DNA from: Candidatus Micrarchaeota archaeon
Lineage (GTDB): Archaea > Micrarchaeota > Micrarchaeia > Norongarragalinales > Norongarragalinaceae
DNA length: 64,000 bases
NCBI GenBank assembly: GCA_016188965.1
Contig: JACPGT010000013.1
Coordinates: 66 to 64,065, forward strand
Reading direction: 5' to 3'
The notes beneath the pieces were generated by a model. The model was not told the DNA's origin. It worked only from the letters and a program-made list of their open reading frames with translations, and made no database searches. Positions 18,691 to 28,581 of this stretch are shown here, piece by piece (position 1 is the stretch's first letter; the number at the start of each line of letters is the position of its first letter). Both the position numbers and the translations under genes were made by a program.

Positions 18691-20121
18691 ATGCGTCGGC
18701 TGTTTTGGTTGCTCGTCCTGCTTGCGCCACTTGTTTTGGGCGGGGCGCTTGACGTAGATTACGCGTCTTGCGAAACCCGATCCGCCAGTGCCGGCCAGAC
18801 GTTTACCTGTCCGTACGGCAAGGTCGCCATCGGCGTTGCCGACAATTTTCCCCCGTCCCCAAGCGTGGATTCATTCCGCTGTTGTCCGGCGTCAACTGAC
18901 GGGGCGCTAACCGGCGGAACTTCCGTGGTCTGGGATGCCTGCAGGGTCAAGGCGACGTCGGTCAATACTTGTACGGGGCAGGATTTTTTCCTGGGAGCTC
19001 TTTTTTCCAGTGAAGGAGGGTTTTCCGGCGCGAATTGCTGCGCGTTGCGGACGGCTGAAACCCGGCCCGTCGTCGTGCGTCGGAATACCTATTCCTACGT
19101 GCCTTTTGACGTAAACCCCAAAAATTGTCCGGATGGCAAGAGTATGTCCGGTGTATCGCAAGGCGCAACCGGCGCCGTAACCGGTTTGGATTGCCGGAGT
19201 GCTTTCACTTCCGGTTACGCGGTTTGGACCGGAAACCCTTCCCCCAAGCCCGGGGCGGGCGGAACAAATGCCATCGTGGCGTGTGGTGACAACCAGGTCA
19301 TGTGCGGGTTCTCGGAGAACCAGGCTGACGTGCTTTGTTGCGATGTCACGTCCGGCGTCGACTTGACCGGCGATACCGTCAAGAGAAGTTATTCAAACAC
19401 CGCGCCCGCCTGCCAAACGAACGAGTACGCGGTCGGCATTAGCAAGTCAGGTTCTCTTGGCGTGTTGTGCAAGAACACAAACAATCCGTGGTCCAGCTCT
19501 CGCAAAGTCCTTACCGTCAACCTGTATGCTCGTTGCGACCAAGATGAAGCCGCGTGCGGCTACGATTACAACGGCGGCCTGTTTTGTTGCAGGTCATATA
19601 TTCCAACTCCGGCCCCGTCTCCTTCACCCTCCCCCGGTCCTTTCCCGAGTCCTTCGCCTTCTATCTCTCCCTCTCCGGCCCCGAGTCCTCTTCCATCCGC
19701 TAGTCCTTCGCCGTCGGCCAGCCCCACGCCCGACCAACGCGCGTCGAACGGACTGAAAATCCGCTGCCCGGTCGGCGTCGTCGCGGAGGAGAACACGACG
19801 GTGTCTGCGTTCTACACGCCGGACGGAGTACCCGCCTGCGTCGGGGCGGCCATGACCGTCACGGCATACGCCAACCAAACATACCAAGCCGTTTCGTACC
19901 GCTCGTGCGACCCGGCCACGGGCCTTCACCGCTTCACCATCAACACCACGCAGGGCGGCAGCTACGACGTGACGGCCCGTTACGGCAGCTTCCAAAGTCG
20001 CTGCGCCTTCGACGTGGTTGGACACGCCCCCACGCCCACGCCGGAATTATCCGGATGGCTGGTCTTGGCAGCGGCCTTGGCGGCGTTCGGCTTGGCCCGC
20101 AAAGGCCGGACTAAACCTTAA
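18691..20121 (+). CDS. secreted Cys-rich surface protein with P/S linker, Ig-like C-terminal module and C-terminal TM anchor
   Basis: N-terminal signal peptide, many Cys residues, PSPSPSP linker. The C-terminal module is paralogous to that of 31792..32940 and ends PTPTPE + hydrophobic helix + RKGRTKP. Confidence 0.7.
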   Translation: MRRLFWLLVLLAPLVLGGALDVDYASCETRSASAGQTFTCPYGKVAIGVADNFPPSPSVDSFRCCPASTDGALTGGTSVVWDACRVKATSVNTCTGQDFFLGALFSSEGGFSGANCCALRTAETRPVVVRRNTYSYVPFDVNPKNCPDGKSMSGVSQGATGAVTGLDCRSAFTSGYAVWTGNPSPKPGAGGTNAIVACGDNQVMCGFSENQADVLCCDVTSGVDLTGDTVKRSYSNTAPACQTNEYAVGISKSGSLGVLCKNTNNPWSSSRKVLTVNLYARCDQDEAACGYDYNGGLFCCRSYIPTPAPSPSPSPGPFPSPSPSISPSPAPSPLPSASPSPSASPTPDQRASNGLKIRCPVGVVAEENTTVSAFYTPDGVPACVGAAMTVTAYANQTYQAVSYRSCDPATGLHRFTINTTQGGSYDVTARYGSFQSRCAFDVVGHAPTPTPELSGWLVLAAALAAFGLARKGRTKP

Positions 20122-20152
20122 ATCGTCCCTCGTCGTGAAAAGTACGCCCGCC

Positions 20153-21157
20153 ATGCTGACCTTTCACGACGACCACGCCCATGTCCGCGCTGGACCGCAT
20201 TCCATCGCCTTGGACGCGCCGGGAACGCATGCCTTCGTGTCCCACGCGCATTTGGACCACTACCGTTCCCTCCGCAAAGCCGAATTAGTATTATCCAGTT
20301 CGGAAACTATGGACTTGTTGTCGGCCCGCGGCAAGACCGTGCCGCCCAAAACCGTCCAACACCACCAGTCCGAAGAGGAAGGCGCGACGCAAGTCCGATT
20401 GCTCAACGCGGGCCACGTGTTGGGCTCCCGCATGCTCTACGCCGAAAGCGCGGCCAACGGGCACGCGGGCCAATCCGTGCTGTACACCGGCGATTTCTTG
20501 TCGCAAGACTCCCTGACCCAGAAAGCGGCGCAACCTAAAGACTGCGACGTGCTGTTGATGGAGTGCACCTACGGCCTGCCCCAATATGAATTCGTCGAGC
20601 GCGCCGTGATGTATGACCAAATCGGCAAATGGGCCTCCGCCGAATTGGCTCTCGGTCGCATCGCCGTCATCGGCGCCTACAGCTTGGGCAAAGCCCAGGA
20701 AGTCGTCGCCGCCTTGAACCAAGCCGGCATCGCGCCGGCCGTCAGTCCGCCCATCGCTGCGCTCAATGAGATTTACGAAAAATACGGCGTCACGTTGGAT
20801 TATACCGTGAATGACGCCGCCACGTTGGCAAGCGGTGCGTTTGCCGCAGTCGTCCCGATGCACCAAGTCAAGCCGGCCATGGCGCAAGGCTTGAAGCAGG
20901 CGTACGGCCGAAAAGCCAGCCTCTCCGTGGCCACGGGTTGGGCCTTGAGCGGCGGCTACGCCGGCTGCGACGCGGCGTTTGCGTTGAGCGACCACAACGA
21001 TTTTCCCGGATTGATCGAATTCGCCCAACAATGCAATCCCAAAAAAGTGTACACCACCCACGGGCCCGCGGACGTGTTCGCGCACCATTTGCGCAAAGCC
21101 GGGCTGGATGCGCAGCCGTTGGAAAATCTCGGCCAAAAGCAGACGACGCTCGCTTGA
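20153..21157 (+). CDS. metallo-beta-lactamase / beta-CASP-like nuclease
   Basis: SHAHLDH (HxHxDH), ECTYG and a C-terminal SDHNDF...TTHG arrangement. ATG at 20153; the track ORF extends upstream across the previous gene. Confidence 0.6.
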   Translation: MLTFHDDHAHVRAGPHSIALDAPGTHAFVSHAHLDHYRSLRKAELVLSSSETMDLLSARGKTVPPKTVQHHQSEEEGATQVRLLNAGHVLGSRMLYAESAANGHAGQSVLYTGDFLSQDSLTQKAAQPKDCDVLLMECTYGLPQYEFVERAVMYDQIGKWASAELALGRIAVIGAYSLGKAQEVVAALNQAGIAPAVSPPIAALNEIYEKYGVTLDYTVNDAATLASGAFAAVVPMHQVKPAMAQGLKQAYGRKASLSVATGWALSGGYAGCDAAFALSDHNDFPGLIEFAQQCNPKKVYTTHGPADVFAHHLRKAGLDAQPLENLGQKQTTLA

Positions 21158-21337
21158 AGCCGGAAAAACGAACCGGGAAAATAAAGACGAGCCACACGAC
21201 ATCCGCGTCACCCGCCTGCCCAGAAGGAAGGAAAAGCGTTTTATAACCGACATGCCTACTAACGGCAGTTGACGAACAGCAACGGGACTATCGAGGCGAA
21301 AAGTGGGGGCCTAAAAGTCCGAAAAGGTGGGGCACGC

Positions 21338-23701
21338 GTGGACAAGGTCGTTTACTGGTTCAACGAACTGGACAAGAACTCGTTATCCGTCGCCGGTGGC
21401 AAAGGCGCCAACTTGGGCGAAATGACGCAAGCCGATTTTCCCGTGCCTCCCGGATTCATCGTTTCCGCCCAGGCCTACCACGCATTCATGCAGTCCACCC
21501 GCCTGGACGCTCTCGTCCTGGCCAAGACCCAGGGCCTTGACACGGAAGACTCAAAAAAACTCCAACAAGTCAGCGACGACATCCGTGCGGCCATCATGGA
21601 GCAACAGGTGCCGTCGGAAATCCGCGCCGAAATCGTTCGCGCCTACAACAAGCTCTGCGGCGTCAGCCTCATACCCGCCACACACGACGAGATACTCGTG
21701 GCCGTCCGATCCTCCGCAACGGCCGAAGACCTGCCCGAAGCCAGCTTTGCCGGACAACAGGAAACATATCTCAACATCCAAGGCGCCGACGCCGTGGTAC
21801 AGGCCGTCAAACGCTGCTGGGCATCCTTGTTCGGAGCGCGCGCCATCTACTACCGCCAAGACCAAGGAATTGACCACGTCAGCGTAGGCCTTGCCGCGGT
21901 CGTGCAGAAGATGGTGCAGTCGGACAAGTCCGGCGTCATGTTCACCGTCGAACCCATGAGCAACGACCGTACCAAGATCGTCATCGAAGGCGGCTTCGGC
22001 CTCGGCGAGGCCATTGTCTCGGGCGCCATATCGCCGGACCACTACGTCGTGGACAAGAATTCCAACAAGATCATCGAAAAACGCGTGTTTAAACAAACCA
22101 TGATGATCGTCCGCGTCGGCACCGTGACCCGCGAAGAAGAAGTGCCGGAAGAAATGCAGGAAATCCAGAAGATGTCCGACGAAGAAATCACGACCATCGC
22201 CTCCTTGGGCCGCAAAATCGAGAACCACTACGGCAAGCCACAGGACATCGAATGGGCCATCGAAGGAAAGGACGCGTTCATCGTGCAGAGCCGGCCCGTG
22301 ACCACGTACAAGGAAAGCCACGACGAAAGCAAGACCGAACCCCAGGAGGTGCAAGGAGGCATGGACGCAAGCCAGGCGAACGTACTGCTCAAAGGCCTCG
22401 GCGCCGCCCCCGGCATCGCCATCGGCGCCGTCAAGATCCTCAAGACCGCCAAGGAAATCGACAAGATTCAGAAAGGCGACATTCTCGTCGCCAAGATGAC
22501 GTCGCCGGACTACGTGCCGGCCATGAAGAAAGCCGTCGCCATCATCACCGACGAAGGCGGCATGACGTGCCACGCGGCCATCGTCTCGCGCGAACTGGGC
22601 ATTCCCTGCATGGTGGGCACCACCAACGCCACGCAACTTTTGCACGACGGCCAAGTCGTCACCGTGGACGCCAAGCGCGGCATCCTGTACGAAGGAAAAG
22701 TCGACTTCGGCGCCGAAGCGAAAGAACAGGCCCAAATAGCCACCGGCGGCGCGCCCCTCATTACGGGCACCAAGATATACGTCAATCTGGCCGAGCCGGA
22801 ACTGGCCGACCGCGTGGCCGGCAAGAACGTCGACGGCATCGGACTGCTTCGAGCCGAATTCATGGTCGCAGGACTCGGCGTTCACCCCCGCAAGCTCATC
22901 GCGGAAGGCCGCCAGAAGGAATTCGTCGACGCCCTGGCATCCGGCCTGCGCAAGGCCTGCTCTGCCTTCTTCCCGCGGCCCGTCATCTACCGCGCTACGG
23001 ACTTCAAGACCAACGAGTACCGAAACCTCGACGGCGGCGAGCAGTACGAACCGAAGGAAGAAAACCCGATGATTGGTTTTCGTGGCTGCTTCCGCTACAT
23101 CAAGGACCCCGACGTGTTCAACATGGAACTGGCGGCCATCAAAAAAGTCCGCGAAGAATACGGACTGACCAACCTCTGGCTGATGATCCCGTTTGTGCGC
23201 ACGCTGCACGAGTACAAGCTCTGCAAGAAGCTCGTCAAATCCTCGGGCCTGCACCAGAACAAGGACTTCAAACTGGGCATCATGTGCGAAGTTCCCTCCA
23301 CCGCCATCTTAGCCGAGGAATTCTGCCAGTTGGGCGTGGACTTCATGTCCATCGGCTCGAACGACTTGACGCAACTGACGCTGGGATTGGACCGCGACTC
23401 TTCTTTAGTGGCGGAGGACTTCGACGAGCGCGACCCCGCGGTCATCAAGTCGATCGAACGAGTCATCACGGCGTGCCACAAGTACGGAGTCAAAGTGTCC
23501 TGCTGCGGACAGGCGCCGTCCGTCTACCCGGAATTCGCCGAAGCCCTCGTCCGGTTCGGCATTGACAGCGTTTCGGTCAACCCGGACGTCATCGACGTGA
23601 CGCGCAAGACCGTCGCCTCGGCCGAACAGAAGATCCTGCTGGAACGCCTGCGTTCGCTGACGCGCAAGCACGAAAAGGACGACGAAGAAGACGAAGACTA
23701 A
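21338..23701 (+). CDS. ppsA: phosphoenolpyruvate synthase (pyruvate, water dikinase)
   Basis: ATP-grasp N-terminus (GGKGANLGEM), phosphohistidine swivel domain (GGMTCHAAIVSRELGIPC) and C-terminal PEP-utilising domain (SIGSNDLTQL). GTG 21338 is preceded by AGGTGG; TTG 21269 is possible. Confidence 0.92.
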   Translation: MDKVVYWFNELDKNSLSVAGGKGANLGEMTQADFPVPPGFIVSAQAYHAFMQSTRLDALVLAKTQGLDTEDSKKLQQVSDDIRAAIMEQQVPSEIRAEIVRAYNKLCGVSLIPATHDEILVAVRSSATAEDLPEASFAGQQETYLNIQGADAVVQAVKRCWASLFGARAIYYRQDQGIDHVSVGLAAVVQKMVQSDKSGVMFTVEPMSNDRTKIVIEGGFGLGEAIVSGAISPDHYVVDKNSNKIIEKRVFKQTMMIVRVGTVTREEEVPEEMQEIQKMSDEEITTIASLGRKIENHYGKPQDIEWAIEGKDAFIVQSRPVTTYKESHDESKTEPQEVQGGMDASQANVLLKGLGAAPGIAIGAVKILKTAKEIDKIQKGDILVAKMTSPDYVPAMKKAVAIITDEGGMTCHAAIVSRELGIPCMVGTTNATQLLHDGQVVTVDAKRGILYEGKVDFGAEAKEQAQIATGGAPLITGTKIYVNLAEPELADRVAGKNVDGIGLLRAEFMVAGLGVHPRKLIAEGRQKEFVDALASGLRKACSAFFPRPVIYRATDFKTNEYRNLDGGEQYEPKEENPMIGFRGCFRYIKDPDVFNMELAAIKKVREEYGLTNLWLMIPFVRTLHEYKLCKKLVKSSGLHQNKDFKLGIMCEVPSTAILAEEFCQLGVDFMSIGSNDLTQLTLGLDRDSSLVAEDFDERDPAVIKSIERVITACHKYGVKVSCCGQAPSVYPEFAEALVRFGIDSVSVNPDVIDVTRKTVASAEQKILLERLRSLTRKHEKDDEEDED

Positions 23702-23719
23702 GAAAAAAAGTAAAGGAAC

Positions 23720-24004
23720 TCAAACGGTCGACGATAGCAACTGCGCCGGCGCATCAAGTCGGTTGAGCGCCATACGGGCCTCTTGGCTCAAGGTGAACAG
23801 TTGCTCCCCGTTTTCCGTACGGACATGCACCAATTCGGCCTTAATCAGTTCAGCCAATACGTTGGACAGGGCGGCAGGGTCCAAGCGGGCTTCACGGCGC
23901 AACTCTTCCAAATCCACGTCCGGATTATCCCGATAAAGTACCAGCATGACTTTGAGGGAATCCAAGTCGTGAAAGAACGAAAGCCGGTCCGACATCACAC
24001 CCAT
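23720..24004 (-). CDS. winged-helix DNA-binding protein
   Basis: 94 aa with a wHTH-like pattern (LKVMLVLY.., LSNVLAELIKAELV). Immediately downstream of 24034..24576. Confidence 0.5.
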   Translation of the reverse strand: MGVMSDRLSFFHDLDSLKVMLVLYRDNPDVDLEELRREARLDPAALSNVLAELIKAELVHVRTENGEQLFTLSQEARMALNRLDAPAQLLSSTV

Positions 24005-24033
24005 CTCCGATAAACCATACGCATATGGAGTTT

Positions 24034-24576
24034 TTAGCTTTTCCGCATTGCCTCGCCAATTCTTGTCAATTTTCTCAACGCCAAACGATGACTGGCCTGT
24101 TTTGCGGCCTTCACGCCGATTTCAACGAGGTTTTCCGGCACGTAGGTTATTTTTGTCGGAAAATACACGTAATGGTTGGTGACGCTCAGAAGCGAGTCGG
24201 CGTCAATGGCGTCCGGAACCATCAAAACCGTCCGCTCAAGCAAGTCCGGATTCTGCATCAGGAAAGCACACTCTCCGACCACGCCCCCATTGTCGGCATC
24301 AATGATGACGATGACATGCGCTTTTTGGAGAACTGCCACTTCCTTTTCAAAATCCGGAAGGGGCATCTGGGCACTATCTGGAATTCGCCGAATCAGGGTT
24401 GCGGGGTAGTTTCCGGCATTCAAGCGGTCCGCCATTTGCTCCATGGCTTGGGCGGATTTGCTGTGATTACCCAAAATGCAGATACGCTGAAGCCCGATTT
24501 GGCTTTGAAGTTTCTTGGAATCCTCCGCCAACTCATCCAACAATTCCAGTGCGACGCTTTCGATCGAAGAAGGCAT
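24034..24576 (-). CDS. hypothetical Rossmann-like protein, possibly nucleoside 2-deoxyribosyltransferase-like
   Basis: ICILGN...HVIVIIDADNGGVVGECAF resembles the beta-strand/Asp/Gly/Glu pattern of NDT-like folds. Weak, by eye only. Confidence 0.3.
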   Translation of the reverse strand: MPSSIESVALELLDELAEDSKKLQSQIGLQRICILGNHSKSAQAMEQMADRLNAGNYPATLIRRIPDSAQMPLPDFEKEVAVLQKAHVIVIIDADNGGVVGECAFLMQNPDLLERTVLMVPDAIDADSLLSVTNHYVYFPTKITYVPENLVEIGVKAAKQASHRLALRKLTRIGEAMRKS

Positions 24577-24691
24577 AAGGACAACCGATCAAAAAGGGCA
24601 CGGCCCATGAATAAAAAGCATCGGTAGAATTTTTCTCAACCTGAGACGTCAGATGCGTCAAGCTTAAAGGCGCGGGTTTAATGAGAACTGC

Positions 24692-25408
24692 ATGAAACTC
24701 TCCGTCATCGTGCCCGCGCTGAATGAGGAAAAGATCATCTGCCACACCCTCCGGGAGCTGAAAAAACGCCTGCCGAAGGGCACACAGATCGTCGTGGCGG
24801 ACGGCAAGAGCACGGACGGCACGGCCGCCTTGGCCAGGAAATACGCCGACGTGGTCTACGAACGCGGCAGGGACTGGCAAGCCGCCAGCATCGCCGCGGG
24901 ACGCAACGCGGGAGCCAGGAAAGCCAAAGGCGACATCTTTTTGTTCAACGACGCCGACACGCTGCCGCAAAAAGAGTTTGTGGACAAGGCGTTGGAAATC
25001 CTCCGCATGCAGCCGGACGTCGTCAGCGTGGGATGCGTTGTGCGTCCCGACGTGTCCGACTGGAACACCCAGCTTTTCTTCAGCATCCTCAATGGCATCG
25101 TGCGCGTCAGCACGGCCATCGGCCGGCCCGTCATCGCCGGCAACTGCGTCTTCTACCGCGCCGACGCCTTCTGGAAGGTGCATGGCTTTGACGAGGACAT
25201 GCACGCGTCGGAAGACCAGGACCTCTCGCTTCGGGTTTCCAAAATCGGCCGAGTCGTGCTCCTGACGCAGTACACGGCGTACACGTCCAACCGCCGCCTA
25301 CAGCAGATGGGCTTCCTGGGCTTGCTGAACGACTGGGGCCACACCACCGTCAACTTTCTTTTAGGAAAAAAAACGAAGCGGTACGCCATCGTCCGGGAAA
25401 TCACGTAA
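24692..25408 (+). CDS. family 2 glycosyltransferase
   Basis: LSVIVPALNEE N-terminus and NDADT (DxD-like). 238 aa. Confidence 0.8.
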   Translation: MKLSVIVPALNEEKIICHTLRELKKRLPKGTQIVVADGKSTDGTAALARKYADVVYERGRDWQAASIAAGRNAGARKAKGDIFLFNDADTLPQKEFVDKALEILRMQPDVVSVGCVVRPDVSDWNTQLFFSILNGIVRVSTAIGRPVIAGNCVFYRADAFWKVHGFDEDMHASEDQDLSLRVSKIGRVVLLTQYTAYTSNRRLQQMGFLGLLNDWGHTTVNFLLGKKTKRYAIVREIT

Positions 25409-25460
25409 GCCGAGCAGGTAAAAACGGCAGCTTAATAGCCCGATTTTCGCTAATTCCTGC

Positions 25461-26651
25461 ATGCTGGACCTCAAGACCATCCTGGAGTACGGCTTGGCAT
25501 TCGTCACGCTCTTTGCCACCGTGTTTTTCCTTTTGGTGTTCTTGGAGAACAAGGACCGCGTGCGCGAATCCCCAAAGCCGCCCAAAAAACTGCCGTCCTT
25601 GACCATCCTGATTCCCGCGTTCAACGAGGAAAAGACCATCGCGGCCACCCTCGAGTCCGCCCTACAGGCGCAATGGCCCGGCGCTCGCAAGAAAATCGTG
25701 GTCATCGACGACGGCTCGACGGATGCCACGCTCAAGATCGCCCGCTCGTACGCCAAGAAAGGGGTCCTCGTGCTGCACCAGAAGAACGCAGGCAAGGGCC
25801 GCGCCTTGAACAACGGCCTAAAGCATGCCGACACGGTCATGGTGGCCACTATGGATTCGGACTCCTACATGGAAAAAGACGCCTTGCTCAAATTGGTGGG
25901 CTATTTTGCTGATTCCAAGGTGGCCGCCGCCACGCCCCTGATGAAAGTCTGGCAGCCGAAGAACACGCTGGAAAAATTCCAACGCATCGAATACCTCCTG
26001 ACCGTCTTTTCGCGCAAGCTGCTGTCATTCATCAACGGCATCAACGTCACGCCCGGGCCCTTGAGCATGTTCCGAAAATCCGTGTTCGACCACGTGGGCG
26101 GCTACGACGAGCGCAACATCCTGGAAGACCAGGAAATGGCCATGCGCATCCAGGCCTACCAATACAAGATCGCGTCGTCCATGGACGCCGTCGTCTACAC
26201 CGCGGTGCCCGAATCGTTGAGCGATTTGATCGGCCAGCGCGTCCGCTGGCACCGCGGCGGCATCCGCAACATCCTCAAGCACTATTACCTCGTCTCGCCC
26301 AGATACGGCGATTTCGGCATCCTCGTCATGCCCCTGGCCATCCTCTCCATCTTCTCGCTCTTCTTGGTCTTCGGACTTGCCCTGTACTCCCTGCTCACCG
26401 GCGCGCCCAACCTCCTGCTGTCCTACGGCATCGAAGGCGTATGGTTCGGCCTCAAGCCATTGCACGTGCTGTCCGCCATCATCCTGGCGTCCAGCGTGGT
26501 GTGGTGCTACGTCGGCATCCGCCAACTGCAAGGCGAAACCCTCTCCGCGCCCTTCCTCGCGCTCTACCTCATCCTCTACGCGCCGCTCATCACGCTATTC
26601 TGGCTGGTGACGGCATTCAAGGAAATCAAAGGCGAAAAACTCCGCTGGTAA
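25461..26651 (+). CDS. membrane-integrated processive family 2 glycosyltransferase (polysaccharide-synthase-like)
   Basis: LTILIPAFNEE, DDGSTD, MDSDS and QRVRWHRG (QxxRW) motifs, plus N- and C-terminal TM helices. Confidence 0.8.
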   Translation: MLDLKTILEYGLAFVTLFATVFFLLVFLENKDRVRESPKPPKKLPSLTILIPAFNEEKTIAATLESALQAQWPGARKKIVVIDDGSTDATLKIARSYAKKGVLVLHQKNAGKGRALNNGLKHADTVMVATMDSDSYMEKDALLKLVGYFADSKVAAATPLMKVWQPKNTLEKFQRIEYLLTVFSRKLLSFINGINVTPGPLSMFRKSVFDHVGGYDERNILEDQEMAMRIQAYQYKIASSMDAVVYTAVPESLSDLIGQRVRWHRGGIRNILKHYYLVSPRYGDFGILVMPLAILSIFSLFLVFGLALYSLLTGAPNLLLSYGIEGVWFGLKPLHVLSAIILASSVVWCYVGIRQLQGETLSAPFLALYLILYAPLITLFWLVTAFKEIKGEKLRW

Positions 26652-26736
26652 GGCAACCGCTACGAAGGCCAACGACCCGTTGCCGAGGCCGCGGCGTCCG
26701 AAGCGAATAAAACCCCGACGGCCCTTGAAACGTACC

Positions 26737-27378
26737 ATGCGCTCCATCTCATGGAAGACGTACCTGGCCGCCTTCGTCATCTCGGCGTTCCTCTTCGGAT
26801 TCGGCATCCTGGCCGGCACCTACCTGACGCAGAGCGTCAACGACGGCCTTGAATTGCAGCTGGAATCGCTCAAAGGCCGCTCCGGCGAAGTCGAACTCCT
26901 GCTGTCGATGAACGCCTCACAGGCGCTGCTGTGCCCCTCATTGGAAGCGCAACTATCCGAATTCGACCGCCAGACCACCGCATTCGGCGCGAAACTGGAC
27001 TTGTTGGAGAACACGCGGGGCCGCACCGACGCCACCGTCCTGCGCCTGAAAAAAGAATACATGGTGCAGCAGGCGCGCGACTTCCTTTTGGTCCAAAAAA
27101 TAAACGGATACTGCGGCACGTCGATTCCCACCATCCTGTTCTTCTACACCAACCAGGACTGTCCCGAATGCACCCGACAGGGCCTGGTCGGACCCGTGTT
27201 GAAGCAGAAGCGGCCTGACGTCATGATCTACGCGTTTGACGTCGACTTAAAGGCGCCCATCGTCGATGCATTGCAGAAGGTCAACGCGGTGAACACGTAT
27301 CCGAGCCTCGTCGTGAACGGACAGACGCTTCCGGGCTACCGCAGTGCGGACGCCATTGAGCAGAAACTCGAAGGCTGA
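26737..27378 (+). CDS. membrane-anchored thioredoxin-fold protein (CPEC active site)
   Basis: One N-terminal TM helix, a coiled region, then FFYTNQDCPEC with a downstream cis-Pro-like YPS. ATG 26737 chosen (MRSISW). Confidence 0.55.
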   Translation: MRSISWKTYLAAFVISAFLFGFGILAGTYLTQSVNDGLELQLESLKGRSGEVELLLSMNASQALLCPSLEAQLSEFDRQTTAFGAKLDLLENTRGRTDATVLRLKKEYMVQQARDFLLVQKINGYCGTSIPTILFFYTNQDCPECTRQGLVGPVLKQKRPDVMIYAFDVDLKAPIVDALQKVNAVNTYPSLVVNGQTLPGYRSADAIEQKLEG

Positions 27379-27390
27379 AAAATAGCAACC

Positions 27391-27400
27391 TTTTCGAAAA
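27391..27400. terminator. T/A palindrome TTTTCGAAAA between convergent genes
   Basis: Perfect 10-nt palindrome in the 23-nt gap between the stops at 27378 (+) and 27402 (-). Confidence 0.35.
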
Positions 27401-27401
27401 A

Positions 27402-28559
27402 TTACACGAGTTCTTCGTACATCTCCAGCGTCTTCTCGGCCGACTCGTCCAACGAGAACGCCTCGGCCTTGCGTCGGGCCGCCTTGCGCCACGCCGCCGT
27501 CTTTGCGGAGCCTTGGTCCAACGCGTCGAGGATCTTCGCAGCACAGTCCTGCACATCAAAAGGTCGGAAGAGCAGGCCGTTCTTGCCGTCATCCACCGCT
27601 TCCGGCAGAGCCAACGCGTCGGCCACCACGGCCGGCGTGCCGCAGGCCATGGCTTCCAACACCGACAACCCCTGCGTCTCGAAAGCCGACGCGCTGACCA
27701 AAACGTCGGCGGCCGCATAATAGTACGGCAGGGCTTTGCCGTTGACGAAGCCTTCGAATTCGAAAGATTTGCGCACGCCGAGCGTCACGGCCGATTCCTC
27801 GCAGAACGAACGGGCGGGCCCGTCGCCCGTCACGATGAACCGCACAGGCCGCTCTTTCAGGACGCGCTTGGCCGCCTTGACGACGACATCGACGTTCTTC
27901 TCGAAGCCCATGCGGCCGGCGACGATGACGACGGATTCGTCCGGCCGGATGCCCAACAGCTTGCGCACCACCGTGCGGTCAACCGACGGCGTATAGCGCG
28001 CCGTGTCCACGCCGTTGGGAAGCACGCGGACGTGTTGCACGCCGTGGTGCCGCAGAAGTTCGGCCGTGGCATGCGACGGCGCGCAGACGACGTCGAAGCC
28101 GCGGTAGAATAGCGAAATGCCGCGCCAGAGAACCTTAGAGGCGTTGCGCTTGACCCAGGCGTTCTTCGTCAAATACTGCGTCCCGTCAGTGATCATGGTG
28201 TGGAAAGTGCCGACGATGGGCACCTTCAGCTGCCAAGCCGTGCTTCGTGCCGCCAAACCCATGGACGTGATGGCGTGCGAGTGGATCAGGTCGGGCCGGA
28301 CCTTGCGGGCCGACTGCACCGCGCTGACATACGGAAACAAGGCCAGTTTGTACTGCGGGTATTGCGGCAGGGCGACGGAGCGGAAGAAGAGCACGCGCGG
28401 ATCCGCGTTGAGCCTCTTATCACCCTGGCTGCCCGGGGTGAAGACGAACACCTCGTGTCCCTGCGCTTCCAACCGGGCCCGGGTGTTGACGATGCTGGTC
28501 ACCACTCCGTCCACGTTTGGCAGGTATGTATCCGTAAAGTAAGCAATCCGCATGCGCAT
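27402..28559 (-). CDS. GT4-family (GT-B fold) glycosyltransferase
   Basis: MRIAYFTDTYLPNVDGV N-terminus and C-terminal E..G....EA motif region (FETQGLSVLEAMACGTP). Confidence 0.8.
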   Translation of the reverse strand: MRMRIAYFTDTYLPNVDGVVTSIVNTRARLEAQGHEVFVFTPGSQGDKRLNADPRVLFFRSVALPQYPQYKLALFPYVSAVQSARKVRPDLIHSHAITSMGLAARSTAWQLKVPIVGTFHTMITDGTQYLTKNAWVKRNASKVLWRGISLFYRGFDVVCAPSHATAELLRHHGVQHVRVLPNGVDTARYTPSVDRTVVRKLLGIRPDESVVIVAGRMGFEKNVDVVVKAAKRVLKERPVRFIVTGDGPARSFCEESAVTLGVRKSFEFEGFVNGKALPYYYAAADVLVSASAFETQGLSVLEAMACGTPAVVADALALPEAVDDGKNGLLFRPFDVQDCAAKILDALDQGSAKTAAWRKAARRKAEAFSLDESAEKTLEMYEELV

Positions 28560-28581
28560 CAACCACTCTTGCCCAACCAGG

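Noticed and set aside
21551-23254. 567-aa minus-strand ORF antisense to ppsA, and similar long antisense or off-frame ORFs (e.g. 34793..36109, 49714..51387, 44571..45710, 16106..16960, 62029..63084, 63099..63968)
   Set aside because: They overlap genes with unmistakable conserved motifs on the other strand. Their translations are R/G/A/P-rich low-complexity strings typical of non-coding frames in GC-rich DNA, and they contain no recognisable motifs.
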